Positions 25,597 through 38,080 of a DNA stretch of 64,000 bases are shown piece by piece (positions within the stretch are counted from its first letter, which is position 1; every line of letters starts with the position of its first letter). A program made the position numbers and the translations under genes. The notes beneath the pieces are model-generated. The model saw only the letters and a program-made list of their open reading frames with translations, was not told the DNA's origin and did not search any database. Origin of the DNA: Felis catus (Eukaryota); contig NC_058368.1 of NCBI RefSeq assembly GCF_018350175.1, forward strand, positions 75,580,001 through 75,644,000, given 5' to 3'.

Positions 25597-26999
25597 ATCA
25601 CATTCTTGAAGGATAGACAAGTGGTATAAGGTGAGCAGAGAGGGAGAAAGAAGTGAGGAGAAGAGAATACAAGAGAAAGAATAATGAGCATTGGCTTAGT
25701 GAGAGAGATGAGGAGCACATTTCTTTCCTCAGGGTGTGACTGAGATGAAATAAAAATGGACCATGATTTCGTCATTGTAGAGGCTGAGTAATTGGAATAC
25801 ATCGCTTCCTTCTACTAGGCTATGTATCTTGTATATAGTTGTGAGATTTCATAATATAAACTTTTTAATAGTTGGAGTTATTGGTAGAAATGGAGCAGTG
25901 CCTGTGCGCGCACGCCCACGGCTATGTGTGTGCCCAACTTTGCACACACCTGCTCTGCGTCTGGGAGAAGGGACACGAGAGCACAGCAAAGGGAAAGAAA
26001 GAGTGAAAAACCAAGTGTTATATTCATGCAGCAGTAGCCTTCAGGCAGGAGCCTACACTGCATACTTAAGAACGAGATGCTTCTAGGAAAGAATATTGGG
26101 CCACAATGAAGAACTCTCATGACCCGTCTGCACAACGTCATGGCAGGAAACAAGTTAGGCAGTCATCCAAGTGTCCAGGCAAGAAAGCAACATCTGCACT
26201 ATAAGGTAAGTCAAGGGGACCAAGATGAGGGCACAGACACAAGAAACACAGCAAGGATATGGGTTAGAGAGCTAAGAAACAAGATGCAGAAGGAAAAGGG
26301 GGAAGAAGAGAGCAAAGAAAATTTCAAAATGTTTGAAACTGGTGATGGGGGAAATGTTGAACTTGATCATCAGCAAGCCTAGGGAAGACCCTCCTGGAAT
26401 GCATGGGAGACACAAGAACTGGGAACATTCTTATCAGTGTCACTGTTCTCAGCTGATACAACCATGTTCAAGTGTTCCTTCTAATTACTGCTCATGCTGT
26501 TACACTTCCTTTTCATTGCTACCACCAGTTAACTTACTAAGAACTCGGTGTTCGCACTATTCCTTGTCCAGAATTCCTAAACCTTTCCTTTGAACAAACC
26601 TACCTCTCCCTTATTCAAAATTCTACATTTCCCCACTGAGTGGAGAATAAAGTAAAAAAAAAAAAAATTAATGTTATATCTTTATTCTCTAACTCCTACC
26701 TTCTTTTCCAGAGCTATTTCCTATTAAACTCAACATGACATTCAGTTGAAGTCAAACTAGTCTCCGAACTGAAGCGTGACTTCACTCACGATCCTCTCAA
26801 TATCCTTTTCCTTTCTTTCTTTTTTTTTTCCTTAAAATCATTCTCCATTCCTCAAGGCATGGCTCTCTTTCCACTCTCTCTGTGATCATTTCTCTGAAAA
26901 CTAGACCATAATGAGACCCTTCCTCCTCTAAACAACTCCAACATCACACCAAGATGATGGGGTATCTTTGTCAGACACATATTGTATTTGCGTAGAGTA

Positions 27000-27090
27000 C
27001 TGGTCACGCAGAGGGAGCTACATTTGCCTCTTCTTGCTTTGTGACCTCGGGAAATATCTTAATCTCTCTGAGTCTCAGTTTCTATATTCC
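27000..27090 (+). mobile_element. MIR core fragment
   Basis: tgtgacctcgggaaatatcttaatctctctgagtctcagtttct. Confidence 0.7.
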
Positions 27091-27131
27091 CTGTGACTTC
27101 CCACCTCAGCCCTCATTAAAGATCTGCTTCA

Positions 27132-27292
27132 GGGCGCCTGGGTGGCTCAGTCGGTTAAGTGTCCAACTTCAGCTCACGTCATGAACTCAGGGTTCATGAA
27201 TTCAAACCCCACGTCAGACTGTGCTGACAGCTCTGAGCGTGGATCTTGCTTCAGGTTCTGTCTCCATCTCTCTCTGCCTCTCCCCTGCTCAT

Positions 27293-27340
<48 letters not shown>

Positions 27341-27370
27341 TCAAAAATAAATAAACACAAAAAAATAAAA
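27132..27370 (+). mobile_element. Can-SINE
   Basis: Head, (CT)n tract and A-rich tail. Confidence 0.95.
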
Positions 27371-27419
27371 TCAGCTTATATTCTACACAACCGTACATGA
27401 TTTAACTTCTGTCTAAATC

Positions 27420-27726
27420 TCCAGTTTTCAAACCCCTCCCTTAGTCAACTGGCTGCAGCCATAATGGCGTCACTGCTGTTTCTTGACCACACTGAGCCTC
27501 ACCCACCTCCAGGCAGCCTTTTGTTGGTCTGTTGGCTCTCCTAGGAGATGGTCACAGGGCCAATTCTCCCCTTCCATCAGTCTCTCTTTAATTGTCTCCT
27601 TATCAAAGAGGTTTCCCTCACCATCCTAGTTAATGTATTCCTAACACCCCACCCTGTATGTTCCCTTGTTCCCTGTTCCCTTTCCTCACCTTACTTCTTT
27701 TTCCCCTAACATTAATGCCACTTTTC

Positions 27727-27768
<42 letters not shown>

Positions 27769-27915
27769 CGCCTGGCTTCCTTCCCTGGGAGGCGATCTCT
27801 GTGAGGGAGGCAGCTTTGTTCATTAATCTACCCCCAGAGTTAGAACACATAGATTACGGAGAACACTGGCTTATACTACGCTCCTTATAAATATATATTT
27901 TTTAATAAATGAGTG
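27420..27915 (+). mobile_element. L2 3' fragment containing a (TG)n tract
   Basis: 'gcagcca...ctgtttcttgaccacac...tcaaagaggtttccctcaccatccta...ctctgtgaggg...ataaatatat...aataaatga'. Confidence 0.65.
27729..27767. repeat. (TG)n microsatellite
   Basis: Direct reading. Confidence 0.95.
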
Positions 27916-27917
27916 TA

Positions 27918-28132
27918 GGGGCGCCTGGGTGGCTCAGTCGGTTGAGCATCCGACTTCGGCTCAGGTCATGATCTCGCAGTTTGTGAGTTCGAGCCCCGCA
28001 TCGGGCTCTGTGCTGACAGCTCAGAGCCTGGAGCCTGTTTCAGAATCTTTGTCCCCCTCTCTCTCCATCCCACCCCTGCTTGTGCTCTTTCTCTCTCTGT
28101 CTTTCAAACATGAATAGACATAAACAAAAATT

Positions 28133-28173
<41 letters not shown>

Positions 28174-28175
28174 AA
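27918..28175 (+). mobile_element. Can-SINE (felid type) with (AAAT)n tail
   Basis: Full head. Approximate TSD aataaatgagtgta/aataaatgcatgta. Confidence 0.96.
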
Positions 28176-28505
28176 TAAATGCATGTATGGAAATAGAGTG
28201 GAATAATCTCTTCATAGTTCTCAATAAATAGAACATTTTATTAACATTATTATTTAGTTGAAGCACTTTAGTCGCAAAACTATTGTAAACCTAGCGAACA
28301 TAGATCATGTGTCAATTATCTCCTTCCTTTCTAGTGGTTTGAACGTTGGTGTGAGCTTTGTAATATCTGTTGTTTTGGAAGGGAAGGAAGTATGACCTAC
28401 TTCTCAGCTCTGAAGTCATCAGACTGAGGAGATAGAACAGCATGTAATTTTTATTATTTTCTTGACTTGATTCACTTTCCCTACTATAAGAACGGGATCA
28501 TTCCA

Positions 28506-28725
28506 GGGGCGCCTGGGTGGTTCAGTGGGTTAAGCGTCTGACTTTGGCTCAGGTCACGATCTCACGGCTCGTGAGTTCAAGCCCCGTGTCAGGCTCTGTG
28601 CTGACAGCTCAGAGCCTGGATCCTGCTTCAGATTCTGTGTCTTTCTCTCTCTCTCTGCCCTCCCCTGCCTGTGCTTGCCCCCCCCTCCCCCCATCTCTTA
28701 AAAATAAACATTAATTTTTTTTTAA
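28506..28725 (+). mobile_element. Can-SINE (felid type)
   Basis: TSD aacgggatcattcca/aacaggatcattcca. Confidence 0.96.
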
Positions 28726-29414
28726 AACAGGATCATTCCATAAAATTCACTATGGAATTCTCTACTTTTCTTTCCTAGTTTGGTTTTTGGATAGGTTTAG
28801 AAGTAGAAGGCTGTTTGTGGCTCCCCAGAAAGAAGGGGTGCTATAAAAGGAATAATATTAAGAAGAGTGTATGTGAAAGGGGAGGAGGGAGTTTGGATTG
28901 TCAGACTTGGCATGCTTTAAATTCTGGCCTTTGTCTATATGAGGGTACTTATTCAAAATGGAAACAAATGAACTGGAATTTTGGCCATCGAATGCATCCT
29001 AGCAAACGTGAGTTATGCATTCCCAACTTCACTAAAACAGTTCACGTGTCCTATAACTGTAATTATTCTCTTGTTTGGGAGACTAAAGCTTACAAACATG
29101 GTACTGGGAAACTCCTTTGGGGACATATTTTCTATAATTTAATCTACTGTTCTCTGTAATGCGATTTCAAAGCTAGACCATTTGTTTAGCAAGATGGCCC
29201 CTGTCTAATTCTGTGAGTAACTGTATTTAACTGACTTTTTAAGTGAAAGGAGGAAAGAGAGGAGCTTAAAAAAAATGGCAACTCCAGTTAAGTCACTGGC
29301 TAAGTAGTAAGAGCTAAATAAAGTGGCTAAGGTGGGTACATCTGCATAGGGGTATATGAATAGGTGGCCAAAATCACATTGTGTCTCCATTTTCCAAATT
29401 CTAGCAATATAATC

Positions 29415-29608
29415 TCTTTTTTTTTTTTAAGTTTATTTATCTTGAAGAGAGAGAGCATAAGCAGCAGAGGTGCAGAGAGAAAGAGGGAGAGAGATAATCC
29501 CAAGCAGACTCCTTGCTGTCAACACAGAGCCCCACATGAGGGCTCGAACCCATGATCCATGAGATCATGGCCTGAGCTGAAATCAAGAGTCGGAGGCTTA
29601 ACCGCCCC
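29415..29608 (-). mobile_element. Can-SINE (older, head shortened)
   Basis: gagctgaaatcaagagtcgg variant. Approximate TSD ctagcaatata/ctagcgatata. Confidence 0.92.
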
Positions 29609-29751
29609 TCTAGCGATATAGTTTCGAATGCTTTTCATTCTGCCATTTTACTCAGCTACAAATTATTTTCAAGATTGTTTCTCACATCATAATCCTTCAA
29701 TAACCCATTTTTGGTATTTCATTTCGTTTTTTTTAACCTTTAAATGTTTCT

Positions 29752-29980
29752 TTTTTTATTTTTTTTAAATTTTTTTTCAATGTTTATTTATTTTGGGGAC
29801 AGAGAGAGACAGAGCATGAACGGGGGAGGGGCAGAGAGAGAGGGAGACACAGAATCGGAAACAGGCTCCAGGCTCCGAGCCGTCAGCCCAGAGCCTGACG
29901 CGGGGCTCGAACTCACGGACCGCAAGATCGTGACCTGGCTGAAGTCGGACGCTTAACCGGCTGCGCCACCCAGGCGCCCC
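29752..29980 (-). mobile_element. Young felid SINE (SINEC_Fc-like)
   Basis: Perfect TSD aacctttaaatgtttct at 29735-29751 and 29981-29997. Confidence 0.97.
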
Positions 29981-30185
29981 AACCTTTAAATGTTTCTAGT
30001 CTGTAGATGGAACATAAGTGAAAAACAGTAAGATGTAAGAGAAAGAAAACATAAACTTTGCTGGATTTCGAGGCTTTGAAGAAGCAAACAATTAATGGAA
30101 TGTCGATCTTATCACAATGTAAATATTAACTACCTTTGCTTTAAAAATGTAGGTAGTGGAAATTAAAATAAATGACAACTACAAT

Positions 30186-30407
30186 TTTTAAAATTTTTTT
30201 TCATGTTTATTTTTGAGAGAGAGAGAGAAAGAGGGACGGAGTGTGAGTGGGGGAAGAGCAGAGAGAAAGAGAGACACAGAATCGGAAACAGGCTCCAGGC
30301 TCCGAGCTGTCAGCACAGAGCCCAATGCTGGGCTCGAACCCACAAACTGTGAGATCGTGACCTGAGCTGAAATCTGATGTACAACAGACTAAGCCACCAG
30401 GCACCCC
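30186..30407 (-). mobile_element. Can-SINE (felid type)
   Basis: Reverse-strand body ending ccaggcacccc. Confidence 0.94.
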
Positions 30408-31689
30408 ACAAATTTTTATTAAAACGTTTTCTTTAAACAAATGTCCTCTATGCATCCTTACTTCCCTCCGTTCGTCTCAAGCCCCAACCAGTTCGGAATC
30501 TCTACTAAAATAGTTGTGTGGTTTGTCCCAAAGTGTTATGCAAGGTCAGTTTTTACTCTAAACATTAGGAGGGGCATGCAAGAATACTTTGGTTATGAAA
30601 TAGAAAAATATATTCACATTAATGTCAACATGAGGTAATTATTTGAACGCTGATTTGAATAGGAAGTCTGGGAACACTTCCCATTCACAGCTAAATGCCT
30701 CAGAGCTGTCATAGGTGTATATTTGTGGTACATACCTGTTTGTCACGATATACTTTGGACCGAACTATCTCGATGTACTTAAAGATCCAACATTCCCTCA
30801 TTTAAAAAAGCAAAACAAAACAAAAACAAAACACAGAAATATAATTAGTTTGAAGTGTTTGTTTTGTTACTTATTAGATGTGAGACTGTGAGCAATTCAT
30901 CTGAACTCTATGAGTCTGTTTTCTATTTCAAAGAGTTGCTCTGGTGAGTGATGCCCACGTAAGGCATGGTTGGGAATGCCCGGGTCAGAGGTGGTCACTC
31001 ATGGCCACGTCAGCAATGGTCAGTGAATGCCAGCAACGGTCATTGGTTATGTCGTGATTGGTCGACTGTTCACACTGAATTGTCATCTGGAACTTACTTC
31101 TGGGGCAGAAATTGTTCTGGACACCAGAAAAATCGCACCGAATTTCTTTTACATGCAGGGTGCACGAGTAAATTCCGGATTCCCAAAGGTCTTTTTGCAC
31201 GAAATTTCTGAAGTGTCACGAACAGAAAGCCATTCCCGGGACATCAGTCGTCAGGATGATGTCAGACTAAGATAACAAACATTATATTTACAGATGAGAC
31301 ACAACAGCTACTGCCAAATTTAAATTATGTGAAATAAGTGTAAATGATAAATACAAAAATACAGGTGGTACAATGCAACAATATTACTTAAAATCGGCAC
31401 TTTTGTTTACTGTTAAATACTTTGTTTTAAGGAGCCTCATTTAGTTTGGTTTGCAACCCTTTTTTAGCATCTCTCTTTACTTCTCACATATCATTTTTTA
31501 ATGAAAAAAAAAGGTTTGGGCAAATAAGAATCATGTTGCTCTCTTTGCTCGGTGATTTCAAATTTTTAATTATTCAGCGAAGTCAAAATGCAAAAGTAAA
31601 AATGTAAACTCCAGATATACCAATGTTATTCAGGAAATGACATTTCACAGAGGCCTTTATATACAATGTGCTCTGTCCTTACAAATAAT

Positions 31690-32345
31690 TTACCTACATC
31701 ATAAATTTGAAGCATAAAGTTAACAATTGTCGCAATATAAATAGTGCAGCCACGCATTAATCATTTCATCACATAAATAAGAAACTAATTATATTTGTTG
31801 TGTTGATAGAAACATGTCACCGGACAATTTTTGTTAATAACCTCCAGGGAATGTTTTTTTCCCAATTTGGGTTTCGCATCCAGTGACATGGAGATGATTT
31901 CACATCTATATTTTTGGCCCCATTTAGGCCATTAAACATTATAACCCTGTATTTAGGCTTGTTTCATTAAATATGTATGCTTCCAGCAACCTGATTCCTA
32001 ATATACATCACTAACATTGTGCGCTAACGGCATTTCTGTTCTCTCTAATGGGTCTGTAACAGTAACGCTACCAAGAGGAGGCTGGGGAGAAGCACAGAAG
32101 CTGAAAAACAGCACAGCAAACTTCTGTACAATGAGAGCCCAACAATTTATATGTGGAGAAGCTACTGATCGTCTGGAATGTGACACCAAATTAAGCAAGC
32201 GAGCGAAATATTGAAATTCATCTTCATTTGAACAACAACAAAAAGGCAGCAAACGGGGGCAAAGCCGGCTGTTAGGTCACCATGATGTCATAGCAAATGA
32301 AGCTAACGCTAGTGTCCCACTAGCAAGCACCATTAGATCCCGATG
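31690..32345. promoter_or_regulatory. Candidate conserved non-coding element/enhancer
   Basis: No recognisable repeat. SOX-like ACAAT/ATTGT motifs at 31722, 32015, 32128 and 32141, many TAAT cores and retained CpGs. Inference only. Confidence 0.4.
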
Positions 32346-32406
32346 AGGAATTTTCCTGTGTGATCATATTATTCCTGAAGAATCCTAGGACAGGTACTTG
32401 CAGATT

Positions 32407-32723
32407 ATAATATATATTACCTACATATATATATAATATATATACATATATATATAATACATATATATGTATGTTATATGAATATATATACATATATACA
32501 CACATATATACCATATATATACACATATATACCATATATATTATATATATATTATATATATACATACCATATATATATATTATATATATAATATATATAT
32601 ATATATACATACACACACATACCTACCATATACATACACACACACCCATATATGGTATATATATAGTATATATGGGTGTGTGTGTATGTGTATACCATAT
32701 ACATACACACACATACCATATAT

Positions 32724-32760
<37 letters not shown>
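32407..32760. repeat. Compound (TA)n/(CA)n/(TG)n simple repeat with an internal inverted repeat
   Basis: Direct reading. Confidence 0.95.
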
Positions 32761-33439
32761 ATGATAAATGTTTTCTTCTGGCAAATCAATACCATGTGGA
32801 TTAGCCAAAAAGAAATCTCTCCATTGTCCTGAATATACTTTCCCCACATTGGATGAATCTATGTTGATAAGGATAATGATGTGCCACGTACTGTTTTTGG
32901 AACCAAAATACACTGGTCAGAAAAGGCAAGTACAAGTTTCAGGGGTTTCGTTGACTTTTTTCTTCCATCTTTGAACCTCTCCGTTGTGCCCTGAGCTGCC
33001 AGCAGCTACCTGCCATGTCAAGATGGATTTTGAGGACCCGTCTTCATCATCCCTCTGTGCACCTTTCGGTACACAATGAGAGCCACGGGACCAAACAATC
33101 CAAGCAAGTGCATTTCCTTAGGACGTTACCCACAATGCTGAAGGGTAGCTGATTAGGGGCAACAGAGACTAGTTAGGATTATCCAACAGTAATTTTTTTC
33201 TTAAAAAAAAAGGCTTTATTCAGTAGATCATAGGCTAGATGTTCTGGGTTTGTTTCATTTTGTTTCGTTTTATTTTTAGAAAGTCTAATTGATTTGTTGA
33301 AATATAACCTTTAGGTCAGGTCTCTTAACCTACCACCCACATCACGTAAAGTCCGATTATTTCAGCCATTTCAGGAAAACCCTTCTCACTTTCTAATCAT
33401 GGAATATCGTCAAAGGAAACAAAATTCTGATACTAGTTT

Positions 33440-33790
33440 TTCCGTTGACAATCCGTGTGACCTTACAACAACCGTGGAAGGTTTCCGGACGTAGATGCCC
33501 ACGTGCAAAGTGTGTTGGTGTTCAGTTTCATGCTCAGTGCTCCCCTGTGTCTGGAAGTTACCGGCAAGGCTGGCGTGCACCCTCCGAACGCACCCACGGC
33601 TCACTTGGTCGACCCCCCAGGCCCTTCTCTTGGGAGAGGTGAGCACTTGTGCGGAACCGGGCGGCACGGAGGTCCGAGTTCCTGCCAGCCCCCCAATTTT
33701 GATGCCGAAAGTTTTACAAATGTCTCCAGGCTTTTTTTTTTTAAGTGCAGAGCTAATCATCCGGCAGAGTGATTTCGTACGCGGGGACAC
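33440..33790. promoter_or_regulatory. Small CpG-rich non-repeat patch (orphan CpG-island-like)
   Basis: Roughly 20 CpGs in about 350 bp counted by eye. CACGTG at 33500. Confidence 0.4.
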
Positions 33791-34009
33791 AGTGTATAAA
33801 CTTTGATCATTCCTAAAGCCAACACTGAGTTGGCCCAAGGTATCTGAAATACACAGGATAATTTCTTTTCAAAAAGAGCCCAAGTTTTACCAAAAATTTT
33901 AAGCAATTTACAAATAATTTACCAAAATTCTAATTTGAAAATTAGTTTGAATTTCACTTATTATGGGCGCTCCTTTCATTTTAAATCATTAAGTGTGTGT
34001 GTGTGTGTT

Positions 34010-34262
34010 TGTTCGTTTTTAAATGTTTAATGTTTATTTTATTTATTTTGCACGAGCGATATAGAGTGTGGGCAGGGGAGGGACAGAGAGAAAGAGAAAG
34101 AGAGAGAGAGAGGATCCCAAGCAGGCTTTGCCCTGTCAGCTCAGAGCCCAACTGGGGGTCCGGGTGGGTGGGGAGGGGCTGGAACTTTCAGAACCATAAG
34201 ATCATGACCTGAAGCGAAATCAAGAGTCAAACACTAACCTGACTGAGCCACCCAGGTGCCCC
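34010..34262 (-). mobile_element. Can-SINE (older) flanked by (GT)n on both sides
   Basis: Reverse-strand body with an internal G-rich insertion. Confidence 0.92.
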
Positions 34263-34379
34263 TTGTGTGTGTGTGTGTGTGTTTAATGAAAAGAAACAAA
34301 ATACTACAGAACAGATGAAGTGGTTAGCATAAGGTATTTAAAATCAGTGAATGTCAGCACCAAGGGAAGAGTGTTTTTT

Positions 34380-34603
34380 TTTTTTTTTAATTTTTTTTTC
34401 AATGTTTTATTTATTTTTGGGACAGAGAGAGACAGAGCATGAACGGGGGAGGGGCAGAGAGAGAGGGAGATACAGAATCGGAAACAGGCTCCAGGCTCTG
34501 AGCCATCAGCCCAGAGCCTGACGCGGGGCTCGAACTCACGGACCGCGAGATTGTGACCTGGCTGAAGTCAGACGCTCAACCAACTGCGCCACCCAGGCGC
34601 CCC
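34380..34603 (-). mobile_element. Young felid SINE (SINEC_Fc-like)
   Basis: TSD aagagtgttttttt starting at 34367 and 34604. Confidence 0.97.
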
Positions 34604-35755
34604 AAGAGTGTTTTTTTTTAATACCTCAAGAATGCCAGGCACTATACTTTACTTGTTTTATATTAGATATGCCTCTGATTAAAAGCATATGATAATAGCA
34701 CTGCCTTTAAAAGCATACTGGGATTGTGGCCATCATCTTCAACCTTCAATCTTCTCTCACTGCCTCTCAAAAAGTGGCATGATTCTCAAAATCCTAACGG
34801 GAGGGTCAGAATGCATTTATTCAAAGAATCGTGAGACATCAGCCGTATTCTGATGTGTTTTTTTTTGGGGGGGGGGGCGGTGTGGAAATTAGAAAGAAGC
34901 CACATCACAAGTTTTGAAAGGGAGACACAGTGTGGGATAAAAAAGTGGATAATAGCACCTACAAATCTAACAGCTGGCTTAGCTACTTCTTAATATTTGT
35001 TATATTGGCCTTTCCTCCCATCCAGAAGCTTAATGTCATCTGTAAACAAGGAAACTTCGCTCTGTGGTCTTTTGCTGGATGTTTTATAAAAAAAACCTCT
35101 AAATGGCACCAGCCTTGGGCAATGGCCATGGGCACACCACACGGCCATTGATGCCAGATGACTCTCCAGTTGTCCTTCCGTGTAATTTAAATTCATGACC
35201 TTACTCTATGACAAACTGGCACTCCCTTAAGAGAGACCAAGATTTCTTTTGTTTATCAGAGGAATTGGGCTTAATGCTGAGAAGACATATGCTCTCATTG
35301 AGAATGTTCTTGCTGTTTTTATTCACAGTTGAAGAGCAAGCAACTTGCTAAGAGATTAAAAAAATAAAGTGAAACAAAACAAACAACAGAAACAATCAAG
35401 CTCCCTCAATGGAATTGAACTGACAAACATTTCAGTCTGAGAGATCGACTCTTCAAAGCAGGCCTAGTCCCTAGGCGAAGCTAGAAAGCTGACTCTGATT
35501 TCGGGATTTTATTTCCCTTGCTCTAGTTCATTCTTGTCATTTTTGGCTCTTCCGGTAATTACAGAGGTGATGGGGGTGCTTATGTTCCCAGTCCCAGCTG
35601 CCACTTTGCCCTCTTTACTTCCGGGGTGGCCCCACAGGGAGGGTTTCACATTTAGGACCGAAGTAGGTCACCCAGAATCTTAAAATCATGTTATGTTGAA
35701 TTAGAAATTCTGTAAATTCTGTGGACAGGCTCCTTCCTTAAGGAACCAGTTCTCT

Positions 35756-35783
35756 GGGCACCTGGACGGCTCAGTCGGTTGAG
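35756..35783 (+). mobile_element. Isolated Can-SINE head (28 bp)
   Basis: gggcacctggacggctcagtcggttgag with no body or tail. Confidence 0.8.
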
Positions 35784-37149
35784 AACTTTAGAACTAGTTC
35801 TAAAGAAGCTAATTTTTACAGATCCTCTCGATGGTAATGGTTTCGTTACCTGTTCCCATTAATTTGTTCATTCCATAGCATTCACTCCAGACTCCCTACG
35901 CCCAGTCACGGAGCTTATGACGTGTTCTGCCCCACGACATACTTTGGCCTGACCTTGAGCTCCTGATGCTGCCTTCCTATCTGCGCCTGTTTTCTATGAC
36001 ACCTCATCTATGTTTATCCCTGGCTGCCTGGTTTTGGAATCACTATGTGTCTTGCGCTTGGCAAGTAGTAAATGAGTTTATTCCCAACCTCCCGTAGTCT
36101 GTTCCATGTCCTTGCTGTGACCTTGTATAAATGGATACAGCACTCTTGGCTTCACAACCTCAGCTTTTCTTTGGCCTTGGCATAGTCACCGCTGGAGCCA
36201 TCCCATAGACACCCTTTCCTTCGGCTTGTCAGAGTGCCCAAGGCTCTAGTCTTTGCTCGAAAAGTAATACCCTATGAAGCCTATTCTCCAAATACTGATC
36301 GTTCAATATGATTAATTAGGCAGGAATGCATGTAGAGAAATATACAATATGCTTGAATCCAGTCATTAACAAGTCATTTGCAAGACTCTGTTGCCGTGTA
36401 TTGCAAATAGGCATGTTTCATAGAAAAGAAACGATCTTGTTCACAATGTTGCTCATATCACTTCCTAATTATGTATGATTGGTCATGAGGAATGCTCGTC
36501 AAATACAAACATTTTAAATGTTTTCGAGCCTGATAGTTTCAGTAGAATGTAGAGAATAAGGTTTTGTCATCATCTGTTACCTGACCTTTATGTGAATAAT
36601 CCAGTGGGTGAACGAATATGACGTATTCTCTTTTTGTTCTGCTTCTCACTGGTAGAAAGGGAATGGCAGTTGGAAAAACTTCCATGTCTCCGCCTGGAGT
36701 CAGTCACTCTCGTTTAGAGAGTCGAAGGAGGCATGGAGAAAGATTGATTTCAGCCAGATGAATGATAAGCCAACAGCTATGCCAAGGAAACGGTACGGTG
36801 CAAATAAGTAACTTTGGCATTTACCGATATTCTGTAATATAGGTTAGCACATTTTTCCTAAAAATATTTCTGTTATAGATGCAGGAAAAATGTCTCTCTC
36901 CATTCCAAAATAAGGAAACCAAAGAATCCATTTAAGAGGCTTTGTCGGGAGGTAAGTTTTATGCTTCTAGCGTTAAGGCAGCCAATTCCACTGGGTGGTA
37001 ATTATGATCGGCGAACCATTAGAAATAAAGGTTGATGGGACATAGGAGATTGGTCTAAAAAGTCTGTCTGGGAAATTTTAACTTTATTTACTGAAAAAAA
37101 ATATATAAGTCACCTAATATTTTGAGCTCAGGGATGTTATAATGAAAAT

Positions 37150-37300
37150 TTCATTAAATTTATTCCCTCTGAGGGATTTGTATTGTCCCCACTTTACAGG
37201 TGAGAACATCAAGGTTTAAGATTACATTGTATCTCTATAAGGTCACACAGATGGAAGCCAGCAGAGCCAGAATTCAAGAGCCTGGTCTGCTTGACAGGTC
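37150..37300 (-). mobile_element. MIR
   Basis: tattgtccccactttacaggtgagaacatcaagg...aaggtcacacag...cagagccagaattcaa. Confidence 0.8.
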
Positions 37301-37580
37301 TGTCCTGGGCCAAAGCTGAAGATGAAACAAACAAACAAACGTAAAAGCCAACGGATGGAGGTGGGGGATAAAAGAGAGAGAGATTTTAAGGATAGAGATG
37401 AATGGATTTAGTCATCGTTGGCATACAGGCTAATAAGGAGGGGGAAACGAAAAGATAATTCCCTATTTTGAAAGCAGGAAAATGTATTATTTTACATGGG
37501 AGGCAAATTAGTATTGCAGAAACAAACTCCGGCATGACAAATACCTCTTGTACGATGTTCTTTTACATTATTAAAAAGAA

Positions 37581-37816
37581 GGGCACCTGGACGGCTCAGT
37601 CAGTTAAGCATCTGACTCTGGTTTCTGCTCAGGTCCGATCTCATGGTTGGTGAGTTCAAGCCCGATGTTGGACTCTGAGCTGACAGTGCAGATCCTGCTT
37701 AGGATTTACTCCCTTTCTCTCTCTGTGCCCCTCACATCCGGCTCTCTCTCTCTCTCTCTCTCTCTCTCAAAATAAATAAATAAACATTCAAATACATTAA
37801 ATAAATAAATAAATAA
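37581..37816 (+). mobile_element. Can-SINE (older)
   Basis: Head gggcacctggacggctcagtc, (CT)n tract and AAAT tail. Confidence 0.93.
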
Positions 37817-37949
37817 GAATGCTTTAGGGCATCATGTTGACTGAACATGTTACTGCATCACAAGTGACTAACATTTATTTATGGCCTCACTTTTTAATTC
37901 ATAAATTCCTTCGTATGCATTTTTATATTTGATTTTTCACAACTTCATG

Positions 37950-38080
37950 AATCAGACTCTACTGGTACAGGTAAAGAGATTAAGGCTTAGGGAAGATGCT
38001 TAACTTGCTCAGTGTTACGCAGTGAATGCGTGATCGAGTCGGGGCATAAATTTGTGTTTTCTGATTCCAAATCCAGGATT
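37950..38080 (-). mobile_element. MIR
   Basis: acaggtaaagagattaaggcttagggaag...taacttgctcagtgttac...tctgattccaaatcc. Confidence 0.7.

Noticed and set aside
32320..32913. Tyr/Ile/His-rich ORFs
   Set aside because: Translations of the TA/CA/TG microsatellite.
30950..33505. Shared short words gatgcccacgt (30950, 33494) and acaatgagagcc (32128, 33073)
   Set aside because: Matches of 11-12 bp over a few kb are not clearly above chance.
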